From positions 1 to 64,000 of the forward strand of contig JBBRLJ010000005.1 of the NCBI GenBank assembly GCA_038231435.1: a DNA stretch of 64,000 bases, written 5' to 3'. The notes under the pieces were generated by a model that searched no databases, was not told the origin of the DNA, and was given only the letters and a program-made list of their open reading frames with translations. Positions 25,501 to 36,204 of the stretch are shown here, in pieces. The translations under genes and the position numbers were made by a program. The first letter of the stretch is position 1. Each line of letters opens with the position of its first letter. This DNA is from Planctomycetota bacterium. Its GTDB lineage: Bacteria; Planctomycetota; UBA11346.

Positions 25501-27018
25501 ATGATCGGCGGGATCCGAAGTCCAGTGGATCCGCGACGCGGGATTCGCATCCCGACGAAGACCCGGAAAGGGACACGTCCAGGCGTGTCCCGCCCGTCGC
25601 TGTTGGTACTCCTTCTCATCGTGGTCGCGGGCATGGCCTCGGCGGCACCTCTGCATGGCGCGCTCGCGGGTGTGCCCGAGGCGCCTACACCCGCGCCGTT
25701 GCCGTCGGCTTGGCTGGCGCTGCACAACGACGTCTTCGGCGATGCCGTCCTCAACAGCGACGACTTCCGCACCGGCGGGCTCACGCTCGGGCTGCGGATC
25801 GAGCGGGTGGTGCTGGTGGCGGAATACAGCGCCCTGACCAATCGCGGAGGGACGGGCTCCCCGGGGAGCCGCACGGATGAGCTGGCCTATTCGCTGGGCT
25901 ATGTGCTCGTCGATCGGGAATCGCCGCATCGGCCGCTGAGCGCGCTGGTGATGGCGGGCGTCGGCGCGCGTACCTATGGCGAGCTCGGCGGCGAACGCGT
26001 GCAGAACGACGTGCACGGGGCCTTCGGGTATCCGCGCGTGCGCCTGCCCTACGATTCCGAACAGCTGACCTCGCCCATCGGCTACGCCTCGGGCCGCCTG
26101 CTGTGGCTGCCGGTGCGGAACCTCCCCCGTCCGTTGCCGCCCGAGCTCGGACTGGAGCTGCGTTCGTCGTACGTGATCAGTGTCGACGGACACCAGCAGG
26201 CCGACGCGGCGCTCGAGCTTGTCACCCTGGGCAGCCAAGGCGCCGAGTGGCTTGGCGCGCGCTATCACGCCACCAACGGTCGCGGGCGGACACCGACCGC
26301 GCGCATCGTCGACGAGCATGAATCGGGCTGGTCGATCGTGGCGGGCCTCGGCCGCCAACCCGGAATCTACCTCAGCGGCGGCGTCGACCCCCAGAGCCTG
26401 GGCATCGATGGCACGATCGGATTCACCGTGCAGCCGAACAACGCGCCGCCCTCGAGGCGCCAGCTGCCCGTGTGCGAAGAGCTGCTGGTCCTTCCCGACA
26501 GCGCCGCCATGGGCGTGCAGCTGCGTTTGGGGACTGAGCGCGAACGGGACGCACGCGTCTCGGATGGTCTGCGCGACGAGCTGCTGGTCGATTACCGCTT
26601 CGGCAAGGTCGCCGGCTATGATTGGCGGGGCAATCGGGTCGACGAGGATCAGCTGCTCATCGGGTATGAACCGGTGCTCGCCAACCACATCCCCGGAATC
26701 CCCTGGCTGGCGTGCGAGGAGTTCGTCTATGGGGCAGGCGGCGTACGCGTCGAGCGGGTACGCGTGCTGCAGCCGGGCGCGCGATTCTCACAAACGACCG
26801 CGGCATCCCCCGTGCTGCAAGGAGGCGTGGGGCTGCGCCTGGGTCTCGACGTCGCCCATGATCCGACGCGATGGTACAACCAGGCGCGCGTGGGCATCGG
26901 CTACGACGGCTGGCTGCCGCTGATGCGACACCACGTGACCAGCCCCGTCGAGCGCGCGTACTTCCTCGAACCAGGCAGCGGCGCGCAGCTGAGTGTCGGG
27001 TTCGCGATGCTGTGGTAA
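25501..27018 (+). CDS. Outer-membrane beta-barrel, LpxR/DUF2219-like N-terminus
   Basis: Signal peptide; HNDVFG..DDFRTGG; VQNDVH; C-terminal W; start uncertain. Confidence 0.5.
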   Translation: MIGGIRSPVDPRRGIRIPTKTRKGTRPGVSRPSLLVLLLIVVAGMASAAPLHGALAGVPEAPTPAPLPSAWLALHNDVFGDAVLNSDDFRTGGLTLGLRIERVVLVAEYSALTNRGGTGSPGSRTDELAYSLGYVLVDRESPHRPLSALVMAGVGARTYGELGGERVQNDVHGAFGYPRVRLPYDSEQLTSPIGYASGRLLWLPVRNLPRPLPPELGLELRSSYVISVDGHQQADAALELVTLGSQGAEWLGARYHATNGRGRTPTARIVDEHESGWSIVAGLGRQPGIYLSGGVDPQSLGIDGTIGFTVQPNNAPPSRRQLPVCEELLVLPDSAAMGVQLRLGTERERDARVSDGLRDELLVDYRFGKVAGYDWRGNRVDEDQLLIGYEPVLANHIPGIPWLACEEFVYGAGGVRVERVRVLQPGARFSQTTAASPVLQGGVGLRLGLDVAHDPTRWYNQARVGIGYDGWLPLMRHHVTSPVERAYFLEPGSGAQLSVGFAMLW

Positions 27019-27050
27019 GTGGTCGAGGGTGAGCCGCCGATGGCCAGGCC

Positions 27051-28736
27051 TCACTTGGCCGCGAACGCGGCCTCGATCGATCCGGCCTCGTCGCCCGCCT
27101 TGCCGGTCTGCGCCGCAGCATCGGCATCGCGACCCGCCACGCGCAGCCAGAACGCCGCGAGGGCGTGGTCGGCTGGAGCATCGCTGCGGGTGAGGGCGGT
27201 CGCGAGCTCGGCGCGATCGCCGTCGTCGAGCGAGGCCCAGGTCACGGTCAGCACGCTCTCGCCCATGCGTACCGTGAGTCCGCCCGCGTCCGCCTGCTCG
27301 ACCGTCACCTTCGATTTCAGGGTCGAGAGCTCGAATATCGGACCACGACCGGTCGCTGCCGCGTCGCGCGCGCTGTCCTGCAGGCGCTTGGTGTAGGCGG
27401 CGATCGCATCTGGCTGCGGCTTCGCGCGCTCCGCCACGGGACCGGCCGGACCGCCGGGCGCAGAGGCCGGCTTCTCCGCTTTCTCCAATTTCTCCACCTT
27501 CTTGGCCAGCTTCTTCAAGACCGGCCCGGGCATGCGGTTGCCAAGCGCGGCGACGCAGGGCGGAATGTCGCTGCGCGTGAAGACCAGATTGTCGCCCTTG
27601 CCGCTGAACTCGGGCTTGTTGCCGTGGAATTCGCAGTTGATGAACGTCTGCTGCACGTTTCCCGCGGTGAAGATCGCGCCGCCCACGCCCGGACAGGCGT
27701 TGTCCCAGAACGAGCAGCCGCCGACCCACAGGTGGCGCGAGTCCTGGGTGTAGATCGCGCCGGCGTGGCGCACCTTCGCTCCCGCCGGGCCCACGCTGTT
27801 GGCTTCGAAGTGATCGTTCCAGAAGATCGTGCCGGCGAGCTTGCTGGGATCGGTGTAGGCGAACATCGCACCGGCGTGGTCACCCGCGTGATTGCCTGTG
27901 AACAGGCAGCCGGCGACGAAGTATTCCCAGTCCGGCGACGTGAAGCTGACCGAGTCGCAGTAGACCGCGCCGCCGATGCCGCCCTGGCCAGTCGGGCCCT
28001 GGTCGGCGCCACCGCCGATGCCGAAGGCCTCGCAGCGCTCGAACGAGCAGTCGATCAGCTGCACCAGGCATTGGATGGTATTGATCGCACCGCCATTGGA
28101 CGCCGCGCAATCCGTGAAGCTGCAGTTGCTGATCAGCATCGGCCGCTGACCGCGCACGCCGATCGCGCCGCCGCCGATGTCCGGGCCCTTGCTGGTGGTC
28201 TTGCAGTCCTCGAACTGGCAGTCGATGACCGCCAGCGCTCCATCGAAGTTGATGGTCGCGATCGCGCCGCCGAGCTTGTCGGCGCGGCAATGGACGAAGC
28301 GGCAGCGCTGCACCGTGAGATCAGTCTTCCACTCCTTCGCGATCGCGCGCGTCTTGCCCTGGCCATCGAAGGTCACCAATCCCAGGCCGTCGAGCACCAG
28401 CGGCTTGGCCGCCTGTGCCATCACCAGCTCCTTGTCGAGCACGATCGTCATCGGCTTGCCACCGCTATCGATCACCACCGTACCGCCAGCGCGGAACGCG
28501 GCATGCAGCTTGTCGAGTCCGGCGCCGGTGCCGTCCATCTGCACCACCGCATCCGGTTTGTCGATCGGCCGGAGCGCCGGCTTGGCGACGGTGAACGGCG
28601 GTTCGTTCGGCGATCTCGCAGCGGCCTTGGCGTCGGCCGCCGAGGCGGCACCGGCCAAGACCAGCGACCCGAGCAGCAGCCTCAGCGCGGACACGGCGCG
28701 GCGCGGGAGGATCGAGGATGTGGCTGGGCGATGCAT
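27051..28736 (-). CDS. Secreted right-handed beta-helix protein (Pmp/pectin lyase-like)
   Basis: Repeated GGAI and FxxN/FxxC motifs; signal peptide. Confidence 0.75.
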   Translation of the reverse strand: MHRPATSSILPRRAVSALRLLLGSLVLAGAASAADAKAAARSPNEPPFTVAKPALRPIDKPDAVVQMDGTGAGLDKLHAAFRAGGTVVIDSGGKPMTIVLDKELVMAQAAKPLVLDGLGLVTFDGQGKTRAIAKEWKTDLTVQRCRFVHCRADKLGGAIATINFDGALAVIDCQFEDCKTTSKGPDIGGGAIGVRGQRPMLISNCSFTDCAASNGGAINTIQCLVQLIDCSFERCEAFGIGGGADQGPTGQGGIGGAVYCDSVSFTSPDWEYFVAGCLFTGNHAGDHAGAMFAYTDPSKLAGTIFWNDHFEANSVGPAGAKVRHAGAIYTQDSRHLWVGGCSFWDNACPGVGGAIFTAGNVQQTFINCEFHGNKPEFSGKGDNLVFTRSDIPPCVAALGNRMPGPVLKKLAKKVEKLEKAEKPASAPGGPAGPVAERAKPQPDAIAAYTKRLQDSARDAAATGRGPIFELSTLKSKVTVEQADAGGLTVRMGESVLTVTWASLDDGDRAELATALTRSDAPADHALAAFWLRVAGRDADAAAQTGKAGDEAGSIEAAFAAK

Positions 28737-28895
28737 GCGGTTCCCCGGGAACGTGTCGGCGGAGGGATCGGCTCGCAGGCGCGTGCCGTAGGACCAATGA
28801 CGCGAACTGGACGGTTTGGGACACCAACCAGGCCGGTGCGTCTGTCGGCGAGGGGGTCACCGCATGTTCCGGGTCTCCAGGCCTCGTCCGCCCCG

Positions 28896-30740
28896 TCACT
28901 CCTCAGGGACTTCCGTCCTGACCTCTCCTGGCTCCTTCCTGATCTCGGCCGGCGTCTCGCCGAACAGGCGTTTGTAGGCCGCGTAGAAGCGGGACAGCGA
29001 TTGGAATCCGCAGCGCAGCGCGATCTCGGCGATGGGTAGCCTCGTGCCCGCCAGCAGCCGGCGGGCCTCAGCGGCGCGCAGGCGCTGCTGATAGCCGCGG
29101 ATACCGCAGCCGAGATACAGCTGGAAGAGGCGTGCGGCCAGCGCCGGCGCCACGCCCGCCGCCGCGGCGGTCTCGGCAACGCTACGCGTCGTGGCGAGGC
29201 GTTGATGCAGGAATGCGATCATCTCGCCGAAGACGACCGTCGCCGAGCCGGGATCGAGCGGGGGCGCGCGCCTGGACGGCGACGCCGTGGCGTAGCGCAT
29301 GGCGGCGCGGCGCACCAGGGCCTCGAGCTCGAGCATCACCACGGGTCCCAGGAACGGATCCCCGCCATCGCGCATCCAGCGCTCGGCGAGCGCGGCATCG
29401 GCGGGGTCGGCCTCCAGCGCCACTGCGCGGCCGGAGCGCAGCCGTTCGAGCAGGCCCGCCACGCCGGGCCAGGCGCAGGCGATGGCGACGGGCACGGCGA
29501 GGGCGAGGGCGTCTGTGCCCGGTTCGCAGCCAAGCAGGGCGTGCGGCAGCGCCGCCCACAACAGCGTCCAGCGCCGTGCGCCGACCGTCACCGCTCGACC
29601 GGCGAAGGTGTAGCGGAGCTCGCCGCTGAACACGAAGTCCAGCTCGAGGTGCGGATGGACGTGGGCGAGCAGCTGAGGATCGCGCTGACGATTGATCTCG
29701 AGGGGCACGAACGGTTGCGATGGCGGCGCGCCCCGTGCCGTCATCCCCCCGCCGTTCGCGCGCGCGCGCTGGCTGGCGGCGGAGCGTTGGCGGCATCGCG
29801 CCGGGGTTTCGCCGCAGGCGAGGGTGAAGGCCTCGTAGAACCGCGATAGCGAATGGAAGCCGCAGCGTGCCGCGATGTCGGCGATCGGCAGGTGTCCTGA
29901 CACGAGCAGCGCCCGCGCACGATCCGCGCGTAGGCGCTGCTGGTACGCCAGTACCGAACATCCCGCATGGCGGCGGAAGATGCGCGAGGCGGTGTCGGGC
30001 ATCATTCCCGCTCCTGCGGCGCGCGCGATCTCGGCCTGCGTCACGGGGGATCTTCGGGGGGTGTCGCGCGCGTCGCCCGCGATGCGGCGATGAAGCGCGT
30101 CGCGCATCGCCGCGAAACGCCGCGCGTCGCGCGCGCCGCCTGGCGATGGCGATGACGAAGTCGATGCGGCGATCGCTGGCGCATCGGTCGTGGCCACCCG
30201 CGGGGCTGCCGCGCGCCGGACCAAGGCCTCGATCTCCAGCAGCGCCAAGGGACGGCGGCGCGCATCACCGGCCTCGCGCGCCCAGCGCGCGGCGAGCACG
30301 CCGTGCGCGAGATCCGCGTCGAGGACCACCGCAGCTCCTTCCATCAGCCGGAGCGGCACCTCGCGGTAGTCCGCTCGCGTCCGCTTGCCGGAAACCGCGC
30401 CCCTTTCTTTACTCGACATCGTGACCGACTCCTGGCCGACACCCCACCAGGCCAGCGCGGCACGCACCGGCACCGCGATGGCCACGGCATCCACCAGCGC
30501 CGCCCCGTGAGCAGCCAGCGACCGCGCCAACGGCCCCCAAGCCAGCGTCCACCGCCGCGGCGGCGCAATGACCGTGGGTCCGCGCCCGTGGATCGCGACG
30601 GATCCCGTCAACGGGTGGATCAGCAGCAGTGCGTCCTTGCCGTGCGCCGCCCAGGATGCCGAGGGGATCCCTCGGCGCGCGCTGAATGGGGGCGCTGGCG
30701 AGGGCGGTATGATATCCCGAAAACGTGAAGAGGGCGCCAT
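28896..30740 (-). CDS. Fused tandem AraC/MelR-like regulator
   Basis: Two cupin+HTH units (CGFHSLSRFY / CGFQSLSRFY) in one frame. Confidence 0.8.
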   Translation of the reverse strand: MAPSSRFRDIIPPSPAPPFSARRGIPSASWAAHGKDALLLIHPLTGSVAIHGRGPTVIAPPRRWTLAWGPLARSLAAHGAALVDAVAIAVPVRAALAWWGVGQESVTMSSKERGAVSGKRTRADYREVPLRLMEGAAVVLDADLAHGVLAARWAREAGDARRRPLALLEIEALVRRAAAPRVATTDAPAIAASTSSSPSPGGARDARRFAAMRDALHRRIAGDARDTPRRSPVTQAEIARAAGAGMMPDTASRIFRRHAGCSVLAYQQRLRADRARALLVSGHLPIADIAARCGFHSLSRFYEAFTLACGETPARCRQRSAASQRARANGGGMTARGAPPSQPFVPLEINRQRDPQLLAHVHPHLELDFVFSGELRYTFAGRAVTVGARRWTLLWAALPHALLGCEPGTDALALAVPVAIACAWPGVAGLLERLRSGRAVALEADPADAALAERWMRDGGDPFLGPVVMLELEALVRRAAMRYATASPSRRAPPLDPGSATVVFGEMIAFLHQRLATTRSVAETAAAAGVAPALAARLFQLYLGCGIRGYQQRLRAAEARRLLAGTRLPIAEIALRCGFQSLSRFYAAYKRLFGETPAEIRKEPGEVRTEVPEE

Positions 30741-30794
30741 GCCTGGGCAGGATCGCCCATTCCGGACGAGTACAACGGGGGAACGGAGACCGCC

Positions 30795-32861
30795 ATGCCC
30801 CTCGCCTGGAACGACGACGCCTCATGGATCCTCAGCACCGAACAGCCACTGTTCGCGTGCGCGCCGCCGTACGTTGGCAACGGCCGGTTGGGCCTGCGCC
30901 TGGGTGCGCTGATCCTGGGTACCGATCCCGACGCGCCGGCGCTTTCGGGCGCCGGACCCGAGCGCTGCTTCATGGGCACCCCGCGCTTCGACCACACCTG
31001 GCCCCTGCAGGCGTTCGCGGCGCATGGCAGCGATGGTTTCCAATATTGCCTACCATCGTGGGCGCAGCTGCGCCTACGCATCGGCAACGACGAATTCCGG
31101 CCTCTGCGCGCAATCACCGGCTCGCGCAAGCCGCTGACCACCTGGCTCGATCTGCGGACGGGAGAGGCTGGCCTGGATGGCACCTGCATGGCCGGCGGCT
31201 CGGCCGTGCGCATGCGCATCCGCCTGCTGGTGCCACGCTCGTGCCCGCACGGTGCGTTCTGGGAATTGGAGCTCGACAATCTGTCGGCCGGCGCCGAGGT
31301 GGAGTTCGGTTTCGACGGCGACCATCTGGTCGCGGATCTCGAACAGTCATATCGCCTCCAGGGCCAGGACATCATCGGTACGGCACGCACCCGCGGCCGT
31401 GGCCGCACCATGCACCTGGGCCTGCGCTGGAGCGCACAGGGCGCCGCCGAGATCGGGACCGATGTCACGGGAGCCGATGGTGTCTCTGGTGCCGCGGGCG
31501 CGCATGCGCGCGTGCGCCTGCGCTCGTCAGGAAAGACCATGCGCCTGGTGGTGCTGCACGCCTGTCATGGCGGCAGCGAATCCGGAGGCCCTGCCGAGGT
31601 GCGGGCGGATCTCGACGCGCTGGCGACGGGCGTGGCCGATGGCTCGACGCGCCGTGACAACGCGACGATGTGGCGCGCGCTATGGTCGCGCGGGCTCGAC
31701 GTCACCGCGCTGCCGCTGGACGCCGACGCGCGGCGCTTCCTGCTCGCGCAGCAGTTCTACCTGCTGGCGAGCTATGACGAGTCGTCGCATCCGGTGGCAC
31801 CGATCGGTCTCTCCGGCAACCAATGGGCAGGGCAGATGTGGGATGCGGACCTGTGGCACGGCCGAGCGCTCGCCATCCTCTGGCCCGAGCTCGCGCGGCG
31901 GCTGGTGCGCGCTCGCCTGGCGATGCTGCCAGTGGCGCGCGAGCGTGCCCGCGCCGCGGGCTTGCGCGGCGCGTGGCTGGCGTGGATGAGCGACGATGAA
32001 GGCCGCGAGATGTCGCCCCCTGGGCCATACCGCCAGGAGCTGCACGTGAACGCCTGGGCCATGCTGCTGCCGTACGAGCTGTGGCTGGCGACCAGGGATC
32101 GCGCGGTGCTCGAGGAAGCCTGGCCGCTGCTTTCCGAGGTCGCGGATTTCTGGTGCTCGCGCTGCACGCTCGGCGCCGATGGGGCCTGGCACCTCCTACG
32201 CGCGCTCGGCCCGGACGAGAGCGTGCACGAGAATCCCAGCCACCCGCAGCTCTGCGACGACCACCTCACCACCAGCCTGGCGCTGCGCGCGGCCTTGCGC
32301 GCCGCCATCGCGGCCGCGGGCGAGCTCGGGCGCGAGGCGCCGCCGGAATGGCGCGTGGTCGCGGACGGGGTGCGGATCCTCGAGCCCGGCGCTGACGGCG
32401 TGATCCCCGAATACGCCGGCTACAACGGCCACCCGATCAAGCAGGCCGACGTCATCCTGGCCTTCTATCCGCTCGGGCACCGGATGCCTGCCGACGCCAT
32501 CGCGGCGAACCTCGCCTATTACCACGCGCGCATGGAGTGCGGGCCGCTGATGAGCGAACAGATCGAGGCCGCGGTGCGCTTCCAGCTCGGCCGCGAGCCG
32601 CGCGAGGCGGTGCTCGCCGATCTGCTGCGTGAGTACCGGCGCTGCGTTCGCGGCCCCTTTCACGTGCCTTACGAGGTCAGCTGCAACTCCAACAGCCTGA
32701 TGCTCACCGCCTGCGGCGGACTGGTGCAGGCGTTGGCCTGCGGCTGGTGGGACTACCGGCGGCCCGGAGATGACGCGGCGCTGATTCCACGGTTGGGATG
32801 CGCTGATGCCGCGCCCGGCGTCAGCGCATCCACGCGTGCCGCCGGCGCGGCACGCACCTGA
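30795..32861 (+). CDS. GH65-like glycoside hydrolase
   Basis: YVGNG; MWDADLW; GPDE; IKQADV. Confidence 0.8.
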   Translation: MPLAWNDDASWILSTEQPLFACAPPYVGNGRLGLRLGALILGTDPDAPALSGAGPERCFMGTPRFDHTWPLQAFAAHGSDGFQYCLPSWAQLRLRIGNDEFRPLRAITGSRKPLTTWLDLRTGEAGLDGTCMAGGSAVRMRIRLLVPRSCPHGAFWELELDNLSAGAEVEFGFDGDHLVADLEQSYRLQGQDIIGTARTRGRGRTMHLGLRWSAQGAAEIGTDVTGADGVSGAAGAHARVRLRSSGKTMRLVVLHACHGGSESGGPAEVRADLDALATGVADGSTRRDNATMWRALWSRGLDVTALPLDADARRFLLAQQFYLLASYDESSHPVAPIGLSGNQWAGQMWDADLWHGRALAILWPELARRLVRARLAMLPVARERARAAGLRGAWLAWMSDDEGREMSPPGPYRQELHVNAWAMLLPYELWLATRDRAVLEEAWPLLSEVADFWCSRCTLGADGAWHLLRALGPDESVHENPSHPQLCDDHLTTSLALRAALRAAIAAAGELGREAPPEWRVVADGVRILEPGADGVIPEYAGYNGHPIKQADVILAFYPLGHRMPADAIAANLAYYHARMECGPLMSEQIEAAVRFQLGREPREAVLADLLREYRRCVRGPFHVPYEVSCNSNSLMLTACGGLVQALACGWWDYRRPGDDAALIPRLGCADAAPGVSASTRAAGAART

Positions 32862-32873
32862 GCGGCACGCCGG

Positions 32874-33125
32874 TCACGCCTCGCGGCTCCACACCTCGAA
32901 GTGCTGCAGCAGGGTCGCCCCGAAGAACGTGGTGAGCGCGGTATCAGCGGCGTCACGGCCGTAGGCCATCACCACGCGGCCGATGCGCGGGCGGTTGTGG
33001 CGCGCATCGAAGGCATGCCAGGAGCCGGAGAGGAAGGCCTCGAACCACGCCGAGAAAGCCATCGGCGCGGGATTGGCCGGCACGCCGATGTCACCCAGAT
33101 ATCCGGTCGCCGCGCAGCGCGGGCG
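32874..33125 (-). pseudogene. Transglutaminase-family C-terminal fragment
   Basis: TGYLGDIGVP..FSAWFE..FDARHNRPRIGR..GRDAAD; N-terminus and catalytic Cys region missing. Confidence 0.8.
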
Positions 33126-33277
33126 GGACCGCCAGGGTAGGCGCCAGCTTCGGGAGGACATGGTGCGCCGGCGCCGCATTCACGGAACTACGGTTGTCTG
33201 GGGCTCGCCCCCGCGGGGCTTCCCGCGGCGAGGGTGCGTACCGATCGGCGTGGGTCCCGGTCAGCGACGAAGGTCGT

Positions 33278-33922
33278 TCAACGATCGACCTTCGTCGCGA
33301 GCGCGGAGCTCTTCTCGGACACGTCCGTCAGGGCTTTGCGCAGGCCCGCTTCGTCGTCAACGAGCTTGCCGATGATGTGCTTCGCCGACGCCACTCCGGG
33401 CTGCGAGAGATCCAGGTCGAGCGCCTTGAGCGTCTGCGCCAGATCGGCCTCGTAGGAATCGCGGGCGGTCTTGAGCGTCGAGTTGCTGCCAGCCAGGGCA
33501 TCCACGGCTACCCGCAGATCGCCTTCGCGCTTGTTGCTGGAATTGCGCAGTTCGGCATCGGTGAAGGTGTCGGCCTGCTGATGCCATTCGCTGATCTGCT
33601 TCCTGCCTGCGGAAACCGCCGAGTCGCTGCTCGATGCGACATCGCCGAGGGACGATTTCAGGGCCGAGGCGTGGGACTTCACCTCTCCATATGATTTCTT
33701 CAGATCCGAGCCGTCGCTGGAATCCTGAACGCGTTTCAGCCCGGACTGGACCTGATCCAGCTCCCGTGCTGCCTCCGAGACCTCCCCCGCGACCGAGGAC
33801 GAGGCCTTGACGGTAGCGGTGTTGCGATCCTGACCGTTGCCGCAGCCAACGAGGCCCACGGGTATGAGGGCGAGGGAGGCGAGCGCCACGGCGGCCAGGC
33901 TGGAGTGGATGATCGTGGTCAT
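33278..33922 (-). CDS. Helical lipoprotein (DUF2959-like)
   Basis: Lipobox LVGC; coiled coil. Confidence 0.6.
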   Translation of the reverse strand: MTTIIHSSLAAVALASLALIPVGLVGCGNGQDRNTATVKASSSVAGEVSEAARELDQVQSGLKRVQDSSDGSDLKKSYGEVKSHASALKSSLGDVASSSDSAVSAGRKQISEWHQQADTFTDAELRNSSNKREGDLRVAVDALAGSNSTLKTARDSYEADLAQTLKALDLDLSQPGVASAKHIIGKLVDDEAGLRKALTDVSEKSSALATKVDR

Positions 33923-34001
33923 GGTGTTCTCTGGAGGGGGTTCGAGATGGTTGAGTTGATTGAGCTGGTTGAAGGCGAGAGAGGGCGGCGGGCAACAGGC
34001 A

Positions 34002-34157
34002 TCACAGCCTGCCCATCAGGACCAGGATCAGCACCACGACCACGACCACGCCCAGGCCGCCGGTCGGTCCGTACCCCCACGACTTGCTGTGCGGCCACGT
34101 CGGCAGAGCCCCGAGGAGCGCCAGGATGAGGACGACGATCAGAATGGTGCCGAGCAT
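34002..34157 (-). CDS. DUF3309 small membrane protein
   Basis: GTILIVVLILALLGALPTWPHSKSWGYGPTGGLG. Confidence 0.9.
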   Translation of the reverse strand: MLGTILIVVLILALLGALPTWPHSKSWGYGPTGGLGVVVVVVLILVLMGRL

Positions 34158-34407
34158 GAGGTCTTCTTCTAAGGGATCGTGTCGGCGCCAACGGCCGCCG
34201 AGAGGGTGGGAAGGCAGCCTAGGCGCACGCATGAATGCCCGACGATCAATTCCGGGCAACCTTGATGCCTCGCCGCTAACCACATGGGTCAAACGGGTGT
34301 GCAGCGAACCCGTGCGCCGAGCGTGCGTTGATCAGGGATGGTCGAGGAGGATCGTGGCGAGAGTCGTCGACGAGCCGTCGCCATGTGCAAGGCGGAGGGG
34401 ACGCAGA

Positions 34408-36129
34408 ATGCGGCATCTCGGGATGGCAATGCTTTCGACCTGGATCGCGCTGTGCGCGCCACTGGACACCACGCGAGGAGTGGAGCCGGACCTCCTCGAC
34501 GTTCGGCTGCTCACGCCCTTGGGCGAGCTGTCACCCGAGAGCCTCTGGATGGGGGCGGTCCCAACCGTAAGCGACGGCGCGATCGGCATGGCGGTGGTGA
34601 ACGACGAGGTGATCGCCCGAGATCTGCCCTCCGGAAGGGAGCTGTGGCGGATCAGGGATCCACAGGGGCATGCGCTCGGCACGCTGCTGATGTCTGCGCA
34701 TCGCTTGTTCTTGCACCGCATTCCACGCCGCATCCAGGCCGAGCACCGCTGGGATTTCACGGGTTGCGCCGAGGTCCTGCGCGTAGCTACCGCGACCGGA
34801 TCGTGGGAGGAGCCGATCCCTGCGGTCTCGGGAGCAGCGGACCAGGTAGTCGCCACCTCTGCGTGCGCCGCAGGCGACCACCTGCTGATCGCTCGCGCTC
34901 GCTGGGGCATCGATGCCCGAGGCGAGGACGAATGCCTCGCGCTCGAGGTCTCCTCGGTGGGAGCGGGGACGAACCATTGGCTGCGCACGTGGCCGTGCGA
35001 GGCGCCCCTTCCGCAGGCAGGCGCATTCCTGCTGACCGGCACACAGCCAACGGCGACGCATGATGACCCGCGCGCATGCACGATCTGCGGCGGCCTCGCG
35101 CTCATCTGCCCCGGCCCCACCTCGGCCATCCACGGGATCTCGGTGGAGGATGGCCAGGAGCGCTGGTCTCTCGAGCGCATCTGGGAATACGACCGAGACT
35201 TCATCGGGCCCAGCGTGTGGTGCCATCGGATGCGCAGATTCGGGCGCGACGAGGTGCAAGAGGCGTTCAAGCGCGCGGGGACGAAGACCATCAACGTCAC
35301 GCCCGAGGACAAAGCCGCGGTCGACGCACGCCTTCCGGAGGTGATCACCGAATGGCGGAAGGATTTCGACGCGCACTGCACCGCTTGGATCACCGGCGGG
35401 CCATGGGTGGTGCCGCGACCATCAGAACGCGGCGGCGAACCAGCGAACGCCATCCTGGTTGCCATCGCGATCGGCCCACGTCACGGATTCGTGCGCAATC
35501 TCGCGCACGCGCGATTGTTCGACCTGAACGAAGCCGGTCAGGTGTTGGCGATGGGCGACCCGCCACGGCTGATGCGCGACGTCATCGCGGCTCCGAGTGC
35601 GTTGGCGTTCATCGGTGATCCGCTCGGTGTCGGAGCGATCCGGCCGTTTCCGCACGCGCGCGAGATGGCGGGCATGGGCGGTGGACCGGACTGCCTGCTG
35701 TCGCTGGCCTGGCACAGCGAGCCGGCTGGAGGCATGATCGATTCATGGCTGTCAGGGGCATGGCGCTGCGGCGGGGCCCTCGGCGAGGGCGTCGCGCTGC
35801 AGCCGCTTGACGGCGGCGCGATCGCCGAACCTGGGGACAAGCTGCTGAGCACACGTATCGATCGCATCGCCCTGAGCGACGGATCCCGTGAGACTTGGAC
35901 GTTGAAGGTTCCGCTGACCGGAACGGCAAGCCTGCCCACCCAGAATTATTCCACCGCCACCCGGGCCAATGGCGCCACCGCCACCACCAGCTTCGCCCTG
36001 CCGGTACCATCGTCCTCGCTGACCTCGCTGCGCATCCTCGGCGATCGCTTGGTGGCGACCCTGGGCGAGTCAGGCCAGCAAGGCCAGGAATGTCGTGTGC
36101 TGGTATTTCACCTGCCGAAGCGCCCGTAG
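34408..36129 (+). CDS. PQQ-like beta-propeller secreted protein
   Basis: ARDLPSGRELWR; ISVEDGQERWS. Confidence 0.6.
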   Translation: MRHLGMAMLSTWIALCAPLDTTRGVEPDLLDVRLLTPLGELSPESLWMGAVPTVSDGAIGMAVVNDEVIARDLPSGRELWRIRDPQGHALGTLLMSAHRLFLHRIPRRIQAEHRWDFTGCAEVLRVATATGSWEEPIPAVSGAADQVVATSACAAGDHLLIARARWGIDARGEDECLALEVSSVGAGTNHWLRTWPCEAPLPQAGAFLLTGTQPTATHDDPRACTICGGLALICPGPTSAIHGISVEDGQERWSLERIWEYDRDFIGPSVWCHRMRRFGRDEVQEAFKRAGTKTINVTPEDKAAVDARLPEVITEWRKDFDAHCTAWITGGPWVVPRPSERGGEPANAILVAIAIGPRHGFVRNLAHARLFDLNEAGQVLAMGDPPRLMRDVIAAPSALAFIGDPLGVGAIRPFPHAREMAGMGGGPDCLLSLAWHSEPAGGMIDSWLSGAWRCGGALGEGVALQPLDGGAIAEPGDKLLSTRIDRIALSDGSRETWTLKVPLTGTASLPTQNYSTATRANGATATTSFALPVPSSSLTSLRILGDRLVATLGESGQQGQECRVLVFHLPKRP

Positions 36130-36204
36130 GCCCTGATCTCTAGGCGCGCGCGCGGGCTGGAATGAGCCAGAATCGCGACCGCCCGCCGACAGGCGTATCG
36201 TCCG

